A DNA stretch of 17,476 nucleotides, taken from positions 1-17,476 of the forward strand of contig JBHLRQ010000070.1 of the NCBI GenBank assembly GCA_048882385.1, given 5' to 3'. This document shows positions 6,732 to 16,112 of this stretch, piece by piece (position 1 is the first letter of the stretch; each line of letters starts with the position of its first letter). Below the pieces are notes generated by a model, which was not told where the DNA came from, ran no database searches, and worked only from the letters and a program-made list of their open reading frames with translations. The DNA is from Candidatus Thorarchaeota archaeon. Its GTDB lineage: Archaea > Asgardarchaeota > Thorarchaeia > Thorarchaeales > Thorarchaeaceae. The translations under genes were made by a program, and so were the position numbers.

Positions 6732-7436
6732 TTGAAAGTGTTAGTGATAAACGGTAGTCCTCGAAAAAATCATGGAGTGACAGCGTATCTTCTCAAGCAT
6801 TTCATTGATGGAATGGAAGAAGCAGATGCAGTAGTGGAGATTCTTTATTCTAAGGGCTTGGATCTTGGGGATTGTAGGGGGTGTTTCAATTGCTGGTCTA
6901 CAACTCCAGGAAAGTGTATCCAAGACGATGAAATGAAAGAAGTTCTTGCGAAGATAGCTGACGCGGATCTCCTCATTATCGCTACACCTGTATATGTAGA
7001 TGGAATGACAGGTTCTTTAAAGACACTTCTTGACCGTTCAATTCCACTACTTCACGGGGCCTTTGAGTTACGTGATGATCATTGTCGTCACGCTTTGCGT
7101 GACCATGTTAAAGCTGGAAAGATAGCGCTCTTTTCGGTATGTGGCTTCTATGAGATGGACAACTTTAACCCATTAATCAGCCATGTCAAAGCTATAAGTA
7201 AGAACATGAATCGTGAATACATCGGTGCTCTTTTACGTCCGTATGGATGGATTGTCGAGGGAGGTATAAGCCAAGGGTTTAAACTCGAGTACATACTCGA
7301 TGCAATAAAAGAGGCTGGTAACCAGCTAATCTCTAAAGGGGCAATGAATGAAGAAACACTAGCAACCATTGCTAGTGAGATTGTTCCAAGAGACAGAGTC
7401 ATCGCGATGCTTAAACAGAATTATGGTGATAAGTAA
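6732..7436 (+). CDS. Iron-sulfur flavoprotein / NADPH-dependent FMN reductase (flavodoxin-like) family
   Basis: INGSPRK FMN loop, CxxCxxCx7C (CRGCFNCWSTTPGKC), ATPVY, LKTLLDR. Confidence 0.88.
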   Translation: MKVLVINGSPRKNHGVTAYLLKHFIDGMEEADAVVEILYSKGLDLGDCRGCFNCWSTTPGKCIQDDEMKEVLAKIADADLLIIATPVYVDGMTGSLKTLLDRSIPLLHGAFELRDDHCRHALRDHVKAGKIALFSVCGFYEMDNFNPLISHVKAISKNMNREYIGALLRPYGWIVEGGISQGFKLEYILDAIKEAGNQLISKGAMNEETLATIASEIVPRDRVIAMLKQNYGDK

Positions 7437-7465
7437 AAATTGCGTAGAAGGAAATCACTATTCAT

Positions 7466-8392
7466 ATGATTATTCAAACAAATCATATGATAGAAGAGAT
7501 TCATCAAGATGAACTAAATGCAATTGGTCCACTCATTGACAAGTATAGAGAGCAATTTCCTGAAAGAATACCTGAGAATTTCTTGAATAGGATCAAAGAA
7601 TCTGTTGCAGATGACAAAGCCTGTGTTTTCGGTGCGTATTCAGAAGGTCATTCAGTGACCGGAATCGCACTTTTTGGGAAAGTGAGTAAGCGGATTAATT
7701 TTGTATATGGAATGGGCGACATTGAAACTGAGAAGAAACTTGTGACTGCTCTATTTGACCGATTCTCTGATGAGTTCTCCTACATTGGCACAGGAGGTCC
7801 ATGGATACCGGAGGAACTGGCAAAGCACATCCAAGAGATTGGTTTTGGGAGATACGACCGAATGTACATGACCCTTCCTCGTGCAGGTATTGAATCCCTT
7901 GATGAGCCAAAGTTGCCTGATGGTATGAGCTTCAATCCATATACTCCTGAACTACGTGAGGAGATATCTCAAGTTGTTTTCGAAGGGAACGATAATCATG
8001 TAGACCAAAGCGTATTTCCAGAATTCTTTGGTACTATTGAAGCTTGTCAGCGTCTTCTAGAAAACATTGAGGACAACAGATATGGTGAGTATCGAGAGTC
8101 ATTGTCCTGGATTCTAAGAAGAAATGGAGAAGCAATTGGTGCCTGTTTCATGACGGTCAGGAATGGGGATATGGGGTATGTCCCTGAAATCGTAATCAAC
8201 AAGGAATATCGGGGCAAGAAACTGGGGAAATCAATCCTTGTTCATTCAATGAAGAGGTTACTAGAGTCTGATTCGGATCTAATCAAAGTGGATCTTGACG
8301 TAACCCTGAGTAATCACGCAAGGTTTCTGTATGAGTCACTTGGGTTTACGAAGGTTCAAGATTATACTATGTACACTTGGATTAGGAAATAG
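7466..8392 (+). CDS. GNAT family N-acetyltransferase (true start may be 7487)
   Basis: C-terminal acetyl-CoA motif INKEYRGKKLGK and NHARFLYESLGF. Confidence 0.85.
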   Translation: MIIQTNHMIEEIHQDELNAIGPLIDKYREQFPERIPENFLNRIKESVADDKACVFGAYSEGHSVTGIALFGKVSKRINFVYGMGDIETEKKLVTALFDRFSDEFSYIGTGGPWIPEELAKHIQEIGFGRYDRMYMTLPRAGIESLDEPKLPDGMSFNPYTPELREEISQVVFEGNDNHVDQSVFPEFFGTIEACQRLLENIEDNRYGEYRESLSWILRRNGEAIGACFMTVRNGDMGYVPEIVINKEYRGKKLGKSILVHSMKRLLESDSDLIKVDLDVTLSNHARFLYESLGFTKVQDYTMYTWIRK

Positions 8393-8528
8393 TAGAATCA
8401 TTGATATTCATTTGTAGTGAATAGAATTTCAATTTAACACGCGGAAGGTACAATTAAGCAGAATTGATCGTGACTGAAGATAGAATAATTGATGTCCTCT
8501 TGTAATCCGAAATTAGGAAAATAATATG

Positions 8529-8595
8529 TGCATAGTAACGTACGCATAATAATGTGTACATAATAATGTATATATATGATTTAGATTCATATATA
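8529..8595. repeat. Three tandem 14-bp dyad boxes plus a 9-bp inverted repeat upstream of the HTH gene (candidate operator)
   Basis: TGCATAGTAACGTA (8529-8542), CGCATAATAATGTG (8543-8556), TACATAATAATGTA (8557-8570). Inverted repeat TATATATGA-N7-TCATATATA (8571-8595). Confidence 0.6.
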
Positions 8596-8596
8596 C

Positions 8597-8890
8597 TTGA
8601 TTAGAATGAAACTTCCACTCTCAGCCCCACGAGTTGATTTAGCTAAGGCGATGGTTGCAGTATTGCAGGCATTAAAGGAGGCTCCTTCATTGTCGATTGC
8701 TGGAATATCAAAAGCAACTGGCATTGATCGACGAACAGTGGCAAAAGCTGTTGATCTGATATTAAATGTCCAAAGGAGCCTGGCATCTCAACGCATGGAA
8801 AAAGAGAAGGTGGGGAAGAGGTGGGTAATATCCCTAAGGAAGCGGACTTCTGATTTCATTGGCAGTGCAAAGAAAAAAGTGAAACGGTGA
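8597..8890 (+). CDS. Small basic helix-turn-helix DNA-binding protein (start may be ATG 8606)
   Basis: LSIAGISKATGIDRRTVAKAV is an HTH-like segment, followed by a wing-like KVGKRWVISL and a Lys/Arg-rich C-terminus. Confidence 0.7.
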   Translation: MIRMKLPLSAPRVDLAKAMVAVLQALKEAPSLSIAGISKATGIDRRTVAKAVDLILNVQRSLASQRMEKEKVGKRWVISLRKRTSDFIGSAKKKVKR

Positions 8891-8900
8891 TTCTTTTTCC

Positions 8901-9431
8901 ATGTCATTGAACATACGCAATTTTACTTATCTACTCGCCTTTGTTGTTCTTTCTACAACCACATCACATCAAATGTGGATTTATTTTCAATGGAGAATGA
9001 TTCCTCATCTCCTGCTAATCCTACTTGTATCAGTGATTGGCGAGAACTTTGTATCAGCACAAGGATATTATCATTATACCAAACAAGAGCAAAATGGAAT
9101 CTTTGTCCGAAATATGCCTCTCTGGATCATGTTCCTTTGGTTATTCTGTATACAAGGAAGTCTATTGATCCCATACATTCTGGGTTTTGATCCTGTTTCA
9201 ACCATCTTAGCATCTGGATTCATAGCTTCTATGGTCGACATTATCCTTTTTGAGCCATACATGAGTAGACGAAGGGGATTATGGTTGTGGACTTCAGTTA
9301 ATAATGGGTACTTCGAATTCATCCCATCCAAGTTAAATCGATTCACTGCTCCACCTGGAAACTACATTACTTGGTTCATGTTTCCGATTCTAGCCAACTG
9401 TTTTCTGGCATTACTGATGATACCTCTCTAG
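8901..9431 (+). CDS. Integral membrane protein resembling the carotenoid biosynthesis (CruF-like hydratase) family
   Basis: Hydrophobic helices with spaced motifs GE...GYYHY, NMPLWIMFLW, D..LFEP, LWLW, PPGNYITWF that match the remembered CruF family pattern. Confidence 0.55.
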   Translation: MSLNIRNFTYLLAFVVLSTTTSHQMWIYFQWRMIPHLLLILLVSVIGENFVSAQGYYHYTKQEQNGIFVRNMPLWIMFLWLFCIQGSLLIPYILGFDPVSTILASGFIASMVDIILFEPYMSRRRGLWLWTSVNNGYFEFIPSKLNRFTAPPGNYITWFMFPILANCFLALLMIPL

Positions 9432-9476
9432 TGGGAAAACTCGATGCATTAATCTAGATGGTAGTATAATCCTGCA

Positions 9477-10712
9477 ATGATGTTAACAATGGGCAAATAC
9501 AGTAATATCTATGCAAAAATCTGTGATGCTCGTGAAGTTCTCAAAGACATTAAGCATGTGACGCGACTTGATTCATCATCTACTTTCAGTAGATTCACAG
9601 GTGGGCATGTCTATCTCAAGTTAGAAAACCTCCAGAAAACTGGGTCCTTTAAGGTGCGAGGAGCCGCCTACGCCATGTCGCAGCTCACAGATGAAGAAAA
9701 GCAAGCTGGAGTTATCGCTGCAAGTGCAGGAAATCATGCACAAGGAGTAGCATATGCTGCGACAAGATTGGGTCTTAATTCAACTATTGTCATGCCAGTG
9801 TTTTCACCTGTGGCAAAAATACAAGCTACTCAGGGATATGGAGCAAATGTTGTTTTGCATGGAACTAGTTTCGATGATGCGTTAGCTCATGCTAGAGAAA
9901 CAGCTGAAGCAACAGCGGCAACATTTCTACATCCCTTCAATGATGAGGATGTAATCGCAGGTCAGGGAACAATTGGTCTTGAGATTCTAGATGATTGTCC
10001 TGACGTTGACATAATTGCTGTCCCTGTGGGCGGAGGCGGTCTTGTTTCAGGAATTGCTATTGCTGTGAAAGAACAGAAACCTGAGGTTCAGATCTACGGA
10101 GTAGAAGCCGCTAGTGCAGCATCAATGAAGGCATCAATTGAAAGTGGAAAAATTACTGGAGTAAAAAATCTTGACACTGTGTGTGACGGAATTGCAGTGA
10201 AGAAACCAGGGAAACTGACATTTAAGATTGCAAAGGATCTTCTTTCTGGCGTTGTCACAGTAGAGGAATTAGAAGTAACACGTACGCTGTTCATGCTTCT
10301 GGAAAGGGCGAAAATAGTTGTAGAACCGGCTGGATGTGTGGGTCTCTCAGCTTTCCACCACAAGAAGATTGACATCGCAAAGAAGAATGCTGTTGCTGTT
10401 CTTTCAGGAGGCAATATCGATATGTCCTTCCTCTCAAAGGTAGTTGAGAAGGAGCTCTTCCGACTTGGTCGTTCAGTCCGTGTTCGGGGATCAATTCTGG
10501 ATAGGGTCGGAAGTATGAGTAGGATTCTCAAGATTGTAGCTGAATCCGGTGTCAGTATAATTGAGATTAATCAAGACAGATTCGATCCTGATATACCACC
10601 AAACAGAGCTGAACTTGAAATGATTCTTGAAGTTCCAGATGAAACTGCAGTCAAGAGACTATTGAAGATGCTGAATGAAAAGGGTCTCAACTTCAGAATC
10701 TATGAGGATTGA
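9477..10712 (+). CDS. ilvA: Threonine ammonia-lyase (dehydratase) with C-terminal ACT-like domain
   Basis: KLENLQKTGSFKVRGA PLP-lysine motif, ASAGNHAQGVA, VGGGGL, SGGNID. C-terminal DRVGSMSRIL ACT-like segment. Confidence 0.93.
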   Translation: MMLTMGKYSNIYAKICDAREVLKDIKHVTRLDSSSTFSRFTGGHVYLKLENLQKTGSFKVRGAAYAMSQLTDEEKQAGVIAASAGNHAQGVAYAATRLGLNSTIVMPVFSPVAKIQATQGYGANVVLHGTSFDDALAHARETAEATAATFLHPFNDEDVIAGQGTIGLEILDDCPDVDIIAVPVGGGGLVSGIAIAVKEQKPEVQIYGVEAASAASMKASIESGKITGVKNLDTVCDGIAVKKPGKLTFKIAKDLLSGVVTVEELEVTRTLFMLLERAKIVVEPAGCVGLSAFHHKKIDIAKKNAVAVLSGGNIDMSFLSKVVEKELFRLGRSVRVRGSILDRVGSMSRILKIVAESGVSIIEINQDRFDPDIPPNRAELEMILEVPDETAVKRLLKMLNEKGLNFRIYED

Positions 10713-10732
10713 ATCTACTTCAAAACTGAAAA

Positions 10733-12526
10733 CTAGACTAGTGGTAGACTCGACATTGCTACAATAGCCAGCATGAATGCAGTAAGAATCACAGCTGGCC
10801 ATGTATTCTCGAATTCTACTGCTGCATACACTGTAACAATTGTTGTGAACAATTGTACAACCATAATGAGTAAAATCAGGAGACCGAGGAGGACCATCTT
10901 ACCAGCTATAAGACCCAATGCAGTTGTTCCAAAGACCACAGCAATGGCTAGAAGTGAAGCTACGGCGAATTTGGATATGAATGCAAAAATGACTGATTTG
11001 GTTGTTGGATATCTTCCAGTCCAATCCCTCTTGCTTAGTAATAACCCCCTAATCCATGCTGCTTCAACAAGTAGGAAAGGAACTGACAGAATTGCGACGA
11101 TTACTGTGTTGAGTGCTCGATCTCCAACTGGCCATTTTACGAGAGCAATGATCGTGTATGGAGTCATTGTATCAGGAATACCAGCAATTACTAGCCAGAA
11201 CATGACCCAAGCGATTGGAATCGCTGTAATGAATAGGCTCTTCAAAATATCTTCTACATGCATTCTAATTTTCAGACGCTCTATTCCAACGGATTTGAGA
11301 GCTAGTGACGCGTTCTCTCTGCCAATAAAGAGATACATCAGTACTAGTACTGCTATCATACTAAGGAAATAATAGAGTAGTAAACCAGTAGCAAACATAG
11401 AATTTGGCCAAGCAAGTCCAATGTTTTCCAAGTGAAATCCAGAAGCTGCTGTTATCGCATAGATTGTGATAGTAACTGCTCCTAGAATTGAGCTGACGAT
11501 GAAGGTCTTTGGTATATTGAGTGATTTAGTGGCATTAGTAATCTTGCGAGGTTTCAATCTATCTGGTAAAAAGCTATAGACTAGAATCATTAGTGGTAAT
11601 GTCGATATAAGAAGGAATGTGGCTCCTGTGAATGTAGCGATTGTCTTGTTGAAATATACCTGACTCTTAGGATCAAGTGTATGCTGCAATTGAGCTTCTC
11701 CCTGAACTGCTTCAACAAGCCATGTGATAGTTTCACTTACAATTGTACTATCAACTGCTTCAAAGACATGATCGGTTGGTGCGAATGCTAGACGATAAGC
11801 AGTCTGGTTGATGAAAGAACCATATGTGACACCCGCCTCAGCTGATGAGTTTCCTGTAGCTGTTCTAATTGCTTCTAGAGCAGCTTCATTCGAGATCATC
11901 TCATCGTATTCACCAACAGCTATTATCAAATTGCCCGGAAAGTCAAGATACTCTCCTAAAGCCATCTGACCAACATTTCCCACAGCTGCATATGCAATGG
12001 GTGCAATTGGGAAATCTTGTAGCTGAATTGCTACACGAAAGCCAAGTGAATGTGAGATGACGCCATAGCTCTCATTGTGGATGTTCGGGTATGTAGTTTG
12101 AACATGACGTAGTGCATAATACGCGTCTTGAGCTATTGTTTCATAATCTGTTACAATGAATGGAAGTGTGGAATCTCCATGGCCCGGCAAGTCCATCGAA
12201 ACGACTGTGAAGTTTCTTCTAGCGAGTTCTATATTGAATGCATACATTCCTTCTTTCGATCCTGCTATTCCATGGAGTGAAAGAATGATTGGCGTAGGTT
12301 CAAGATCGCCTCCCAATGCTTCAACTCTAGGAGAGTAGACCAGAATCTCTACAGGTCTACCAGGCTCTCTTTCCAAAGAGATTCTTTCGACGTTGACAGC
12401 ACCCATCCCTCTATCAACTGACCAAGACAAGTAGAGTGATGACCCAATTAGAATGGTCAGTATGAATATTGTGAAGTAGATGGGTTGTCGATTCATATTG
12501 ACTCTCCTCAATTCTCCCAGTGACAT
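10733..12526 (-). CDS. Membrane-anchored alpha/beta hydrolase fused to a multi-pass transmembrane domain
   Basis: N-terminal TM, LHGIAGS oxyanion motif, DLPGHGDS, nucleophile SHSLG, GEYDE, TDHVFE. The C-terminal ~300 aa are multiple hydrophobic helices. Confidence 0.8.
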   Translation of the reverse strand: MSLGELRRVNMNRQPIYFTIFILTILIGSSLYLSWSVDRGMGAVNVERISLEREPGRPVEILVYSPRVEALGGDLEPTPIILSLHGIAGSKEGMYAFNIELARRNFTVVSMDLPGHGDSTLPFIVTDYETIAQDAYYALRHVQTTYPNIHNESYGVISHSLGFRVAIQLQDFPIAPIAYAAVGNVGQMALGEYLDFPGNLIIAVGEYDEMISNEAALEAIRTATGNSSAEAGVTYGSFINQTAYRLAFAPTDHVFEAVDSTIVSETITWLVEAVQGEAQLQHTLDPKSQVYFNKTIATFTGATFLLISTLPLMILVYSFLPDRLKPRKITNATKSLNIPKTFIVSSILGAVTITIYAITAASGFHLENIGLAWPNSMFATGLLLYYFLSMIAVLVLMYLFIGRENASLALKSVGIERLKIRMHVEDILKSLFITAIPIAWVMFWLVIAGIPDTMTPYTIIALVKWPVGDRALNTVIVAILSVPFLLVEAAWIRGLLLSKRDWTGRYPTTKSVIFAFISKFAVASLLAIAVVFGTTALGLIAGKMVLLGLLILLIMVVQLFTTIVTVYAAVEFENTWPAVILTAFMLAIVAMSSLPLV

Positions 12527-12593
12527 AAAGGTGACGATTTACGTTCCTCTAAGATTATCAATGTGGGTAAATCTGCATAAATATCGGGAATAT

Positions 12594-12615
12594 GGAGAGT
12601 TGTTTCTAGCTCTCC
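12594..12615 (-). terminator. Short hairpin directly after the tdh stop codon
   Basis: GGAGAG-N10-CTCTCC inverted repeat adjacent to the TAG. There is no strong U tract. Confidence 0.3.
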
Positions 12616-13584
12616 CTAATACTTAATCCCAAGTTTCTTTGATAATTTGTCCAGCATGTCTTTGGTCATTGCTGCAAGATCATAATCTGGTTTCCAACCC
12701 CACTCTTCACGAGCTGCATTGTCATCTAAAGACGCTGGCCATGACTCAGCAATCTGCTGTCTGAAGTCTGGTTCATAACTCATCTCAAACTCAGGTATGT
12801 GCTTCTTTATTTCTGCGGCAATCTCCTCGGGTGCGAAGCTCATTGCAGTAATGTTGAAGCTTCTGTGTTTGAGCTTGCTTGCATCTGCTTCAATCAAGTC
12901 TATTGTGCATTTCAAACAGTCTGGCATATACATCATGGGAAGGTAGGTACCCTGGTCAAGGAATGATGTGTATTTCTTGTTCTTGAGGGCTTCATAAAAG
13001 ATTTCAACAGCATAGTCAGTAGTACCTCCACCTGGAAGAGCTTCTGCACTGATAATACCAGGATATCTGAGCGATCGGAAGTCCATACCATAGCGTTTTA
13101 CGTAGTACTCTCCCCACAACTCTATGAAGACTTTTGATACTCCATATGCTGTTGTAGGTCGCATGATTACATCATTTGGAGTGTTTTCTTTAGGAGTACT
13201 TGGCCCAAACGCTGCAATTGAACTCGGAATCATTACTTGGTCGAGATTAAGGATTCTGACAGCTTCAAGAACATTGTACGCACCTTCAATGTTTGTGCGA
13301 TATGCCAACTGTGGATTTTTCTCTCCAGTTCCAGAGAGAAGCGATGCGTTGTGAATCACGATATCAATATCATTATCAACCAACATGGCGTGAAGCTGGT
13401 TTGTATCGAGTACATCTAATTGTAAGTATGGTCCATCTTTCTTCAAGATAGCAGGAGGTTTTTTCCTACCAGTGGCTACAACATTCTCGCCACCATATTT
13501 CTTCCTCAAAGCACCAATAAGCTCAGTACCAATTTGACCATAACTACCAGTAACCAGAATCCGTTTCATTCTATCATCTCTCAA
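12616..13584 (-). CDS. tdh: SDR-type (GalE-like) L-threonine 3-dehydrogenase (likely start ATG 13569)
   Basis: ILVTGSYGQIG, PSSIAAFG, YGVSK (YxxxK), the family-typical PGGGTTDYAV and LPMMYMPDC, and RQQIAESWP. Confidence 0.88.
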   Translation of the reverse strand: MRDDRMKRILVTGSYGQIGTELIGALRKKYGGENVVATGRKKPPAILKKDGPYLQLDVLDTNQLHAMLVDNDIDIVIHNASLLSGTGEKNPQLAYRTNIEGAYNVLEAVRILNLDQVMIPSSIAAFGPSTPKENTPNDVIMRPTTAYGVSKVFIELWGEYYVKRYGMDFRSLRYPGIISAEALPGGGTTDYAVEIFYEALKNKKYTSFLDQGTYLPMMYMPDCLKCTIDLIEADASKLKHRSFNITAMSFAPEEIAAEIKKHIPEFEMSYEPDFRQQIAESWPASLDDNAAREEWGWKPDYDLAAMTKDMLDKLSKKLGIKY

Positions 13585-13658
13585 GATTCGATGTAACCAA
13601 GCGACTGGCCGAGTTGTCTCCGTTTTAAGTGTTCTTGAAGGCGTTTAGGATTAGATTG

Positions 13659-13695
13659 ATATCATATTTGGAGATTATAATATCGTATTTGGAGA
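13659..13695. repeat. 16-bp direct repeat, 21-bp period, in the divergent tdh / membrane protein intergenic region
   Basis: ATATCATATTTGGAGA (13659-13674) and ATATCGTATTTGGAGA (13680-13695), one mismatch. Confidence 0.75.
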
Positions 13696-13711
13696 GTGGA
13701 GTGACTAGATA

Positions 13712-14374
13712 ATGGATGTACCAAGTGAACTGCGATGGGTCGGTCCATTATTTGCGATATTGTATTCCATTTTCTGGGGAACGCGCGCCTTTGCACCTTT
13801 ACTAGCGATATTCGGGCTCGCCCTGTTTGTATTTGCTGTTTCAGTCATTCTTGTTCCAATAATAATTATAATTGCATTTTTTGCATCCAAAACGCGGTTT
13901 CGATATGCCATACTCATTCTGTGTATCAGCTTTTTCTTTTCAGGAATATCAATAGAACCTATTCCAATTCCCTACCCTGAACCTTATCCTTATCCTTACC
14001 CTCCTTATTCTCCAGCGCCTCGATTTATGTATAATCTGTCGCCAATTTTTATTGTTCTGCTTTTCATATCTTCTTCAGGATATTTGCATATTCCCGAAAT
14101 TGTGTTAGGAGGATTTTTGCTACTTATCGTAATGGCAATCTTATCCGCAATTATCATGGCTCTTGCTACTGAATGTAGAATAGATGCAGTTCGTGCAATG
14201 ATATCTTTCGTATCGTTGATAGTCTGTTGGACTTTTATCCCGGTCTTCCTATATCCATACCTTGATCCATACATCTTCATGACACCAGTTCCACTAGGTC
14301 CCCTAATTGCCCTGAATTTGCTACCACGAACACCTGTACTCAAAAGTGAATCTAGGAAGGTCCTATCTAGCTAG
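13712..14374 (+). CDS. Hypothetical multi-pass membrane protein with Pro/Tyr repeat loop
   Basis: About 6 hydrophobic helices. Loop EPIPIPYPEPYPYPYPPYSP. Confidence 0.7.
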   Translation: MDVPSELRWVGPLFAILYSIFWGTRAFAPLLAIFGLALFVFAVSVILVPIIIIIAFFASKTRFRYAILILCISFFFSGISIEPIPIPYPEPYPYPYPPYSPAPRFMYNLSPIFIVLLFISSSGYLHIPEIVLGGFLLLIVMAILSAIIMALATECRIDAVRAMISFVSLIVCWTFIPVFLYPYLDPYIFMTPVPLGPLIALNLLPRTPVLKSESRKVLSS

Positions 14375-14454
14375 TCACATGCGTCAAACCTTCGTTTTTT
14401 ATTATATTTCGACTCACCCCTGTTTGCTATATTGAGAAAGGAGTAAAAGCAGGA

Positions 14455-16074
14455 ATGGTATTGATCCATGTTCGACTATCGAGGATAACAGCTCTTGCTA
14501 TTGCAAGCATCCTCCTACTTGGAATATCCACCTCAGCAGCTTCAGCTGGTCCTATTGTACAGTCATATATTCTAGCAGATGATCCTACATTCATCACATA
14601 TTTTGGCGGATCAAACACCGAAGATGCGACTAAGGTTGCATTTGATAATGAAGGGAATACAATACTGATAGGACAGACGATGTCATCCAACTTGCCCGTG
14701 ACAGACAATGCTTTTCAATCAGAGGATGGGGGTGGAGATGGAGACTGGGATTCGTTCATAGCAAAATTCAGCGATACTGGAGAACTCCTCTTCTGTAGCT
14801 ATCTTGGTGGCTCAAGTTATGAACATGTTACGACTGTAAATGTTGATTCTGAGAATAACATAGTTGTAGCTGGTACAACCCAAAGCGATGGATTACCAAC
14901 GACAGCAGGGGCCCTCCATGAATCACCATTGGGACAAACTGATGGTTTCATTTTGAAGATTGCACCCAATGGAACAGTCCTCTATGGGACTTATTTTGGA
15001 GGAACAGGCCAAGATTGGATATACGGAATGGAGTTTGACGATTCCGGGAACTATCTTTTCAGTGGATGGACAACCACAACTGGTTTAGCTACTTCTGGTG
15101 TATATCAAACTAGTTATGCTGGAGGCGGTGGAGATGCATTTGTTGCAAGGATTAGTGCAGATGGATCGACATTGCAGATGTTCTCATATGTTGGCGGAGT
15201 CAGTGACGACAGAGCATGGACAATGACAGTTGATGGCTCTTATAATTTCATAATCAGTGGAGTTGCGAGTTCAGGATTCCCTGTGACCGGTGGAGCCTAT
15301 CAGAGCTCACATGGTGGTAGCTACGATGCATTCTTGACGAAACTTTCCTACTCTGGAGCCATACTGAATTTCAGTACATTCATTGGAGGGTCTGGTAACG
15401 ATTTAGGTCTGGGTGTTGACGTAGACAGTCATGGTGATATCATTCTGACAGGCGATGCGGAATCAAACAACATCAATACTATGAACGCAGTTCAAGAAGC
15501 CTTCGCAGGAGGAACCAATGATTTCTTTGCATCAAAATTCAACTCAACTGGATATCCATACTTCGTGACATACATTGGTGGTAATGAATCAGACAGATGT
15601 TGGGATGCTCGAGTGGATGCTGAAGACAATCTCATCCTAGTTGGACGGACAAGCTCAGATGATTTTCCTGCATTTGATGGTCTCAATGATACCAAAGCCT
15701 CAGGTTTCGATGCGTGTGTTGTGAAGCTCTCATCAGATGGTCAAACCATCATCGCTTCGACATTCTTCGGAGGTGGTGGTGAGGATATTGGCGAAGGTAT
15801 TGCAGTGGATGATGACGGAAACATTGTTGTGACTGGACGCACATGGTCACTCGATCTACCCATATCCGAAGGTGCATATCAAGAAGAGAAGTCAAGTCTG
15901 TCTGATGTCTTTGTGTGTCATGCTCCATTTCTGTCTCGTGCAATAACTGTGACTACTACAACAACACCCAGCTCCCCAATACCTCCTCCTGATGATTTGA
16001 CTATGATTATGGCAGTAGCTGGTGGTGTTGTAATTATAGTGATTCTATCTTTCTTTCTGAAACGTAAATCTTAG
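14455..16074 (+). CDS. Secreted SBBP-like beta-propeller repeat protein with C-terminal membrane anchor
   Basis: Signal peptide and seven [YF]xGG repeats (YFGGSNTED, YLGGSSYEH, YFGGTGQDW, YVGGVSDDR, FIGGSGNDL, YIGGNESDR, FFGGGGEDI). Thr/Pro linker, TM helix, KRKS tail. Confidence 0.88.
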   Translation: MVLIHVRLSRITALAIASILLLGISTSAASAGPIVQSYILADDPTFITYFGGSNTEDATKVAFDNEGNTILIGQTMSSNLPVTDNAFQSEDGGGDGDWDSFIAKFSDTGELLFCSYLGGSSYEHVTTVNVDSENNIVVAGTTQSDGLPTTAGALHESPLGQTDGFILKIAPNGTVLYGTYFGGTGQDWIYGMEFDDSGNYLFSGWTTTTGLATSGVYQTSYAGGGGDAFVARISADGSTLQMFSYVGGVSDDRAWTMTVDGSYNFIISGVASSGFPVTGGAYQSSHGGSYDAFLTKLSYSGAILNFSTFIGGSGNDLGLGVDVDSHGDIILTGDAESNNINTMNAVQEAFAGGTNDFFASKFNSTGYPYFVTYIGGNESDRCWDARVDAEDNLILVGRTSSDDFPAFDGLNDTKASGFDACVVKLSSDGQTIIASTFFGGGGEDIGEGIAVDDDGNIVVTGRTWSLDLPISEGAYQEEKSSLSDVFVCHAPFLSRAITVTTTTTPSSPIPPPDDLTMIMAVAGGVVIIVILSFFLKRKS

Positions 16075-16112
16075 GAGACCAACATTCGGTCTCCACCATT
16101 TTCTTTTGATTT
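16074..16112 (+). terminator. Hairpin plus T-tract terminator after the SBBP gene
   Basis: GGAGACC-AACATTC-GGTCTCC (perfect 7-bp stem) followed by ACCATTTTCTTTTGATTT. Confidence 0.65.

Noticed and set aside
8529-8595. CRISPR or replication-origin interpretation of the short repeats
   Set aside because: Units are 14 bp with no spacers, there are no ORB-like G-strings, and no cas or cdc6 gene is nearby.
10094-11372. ORFs 10094-10531 (-) and 10773-11372 (+)
   Set aside because: Antisense shadows of ilvA and the hydrolase gene.
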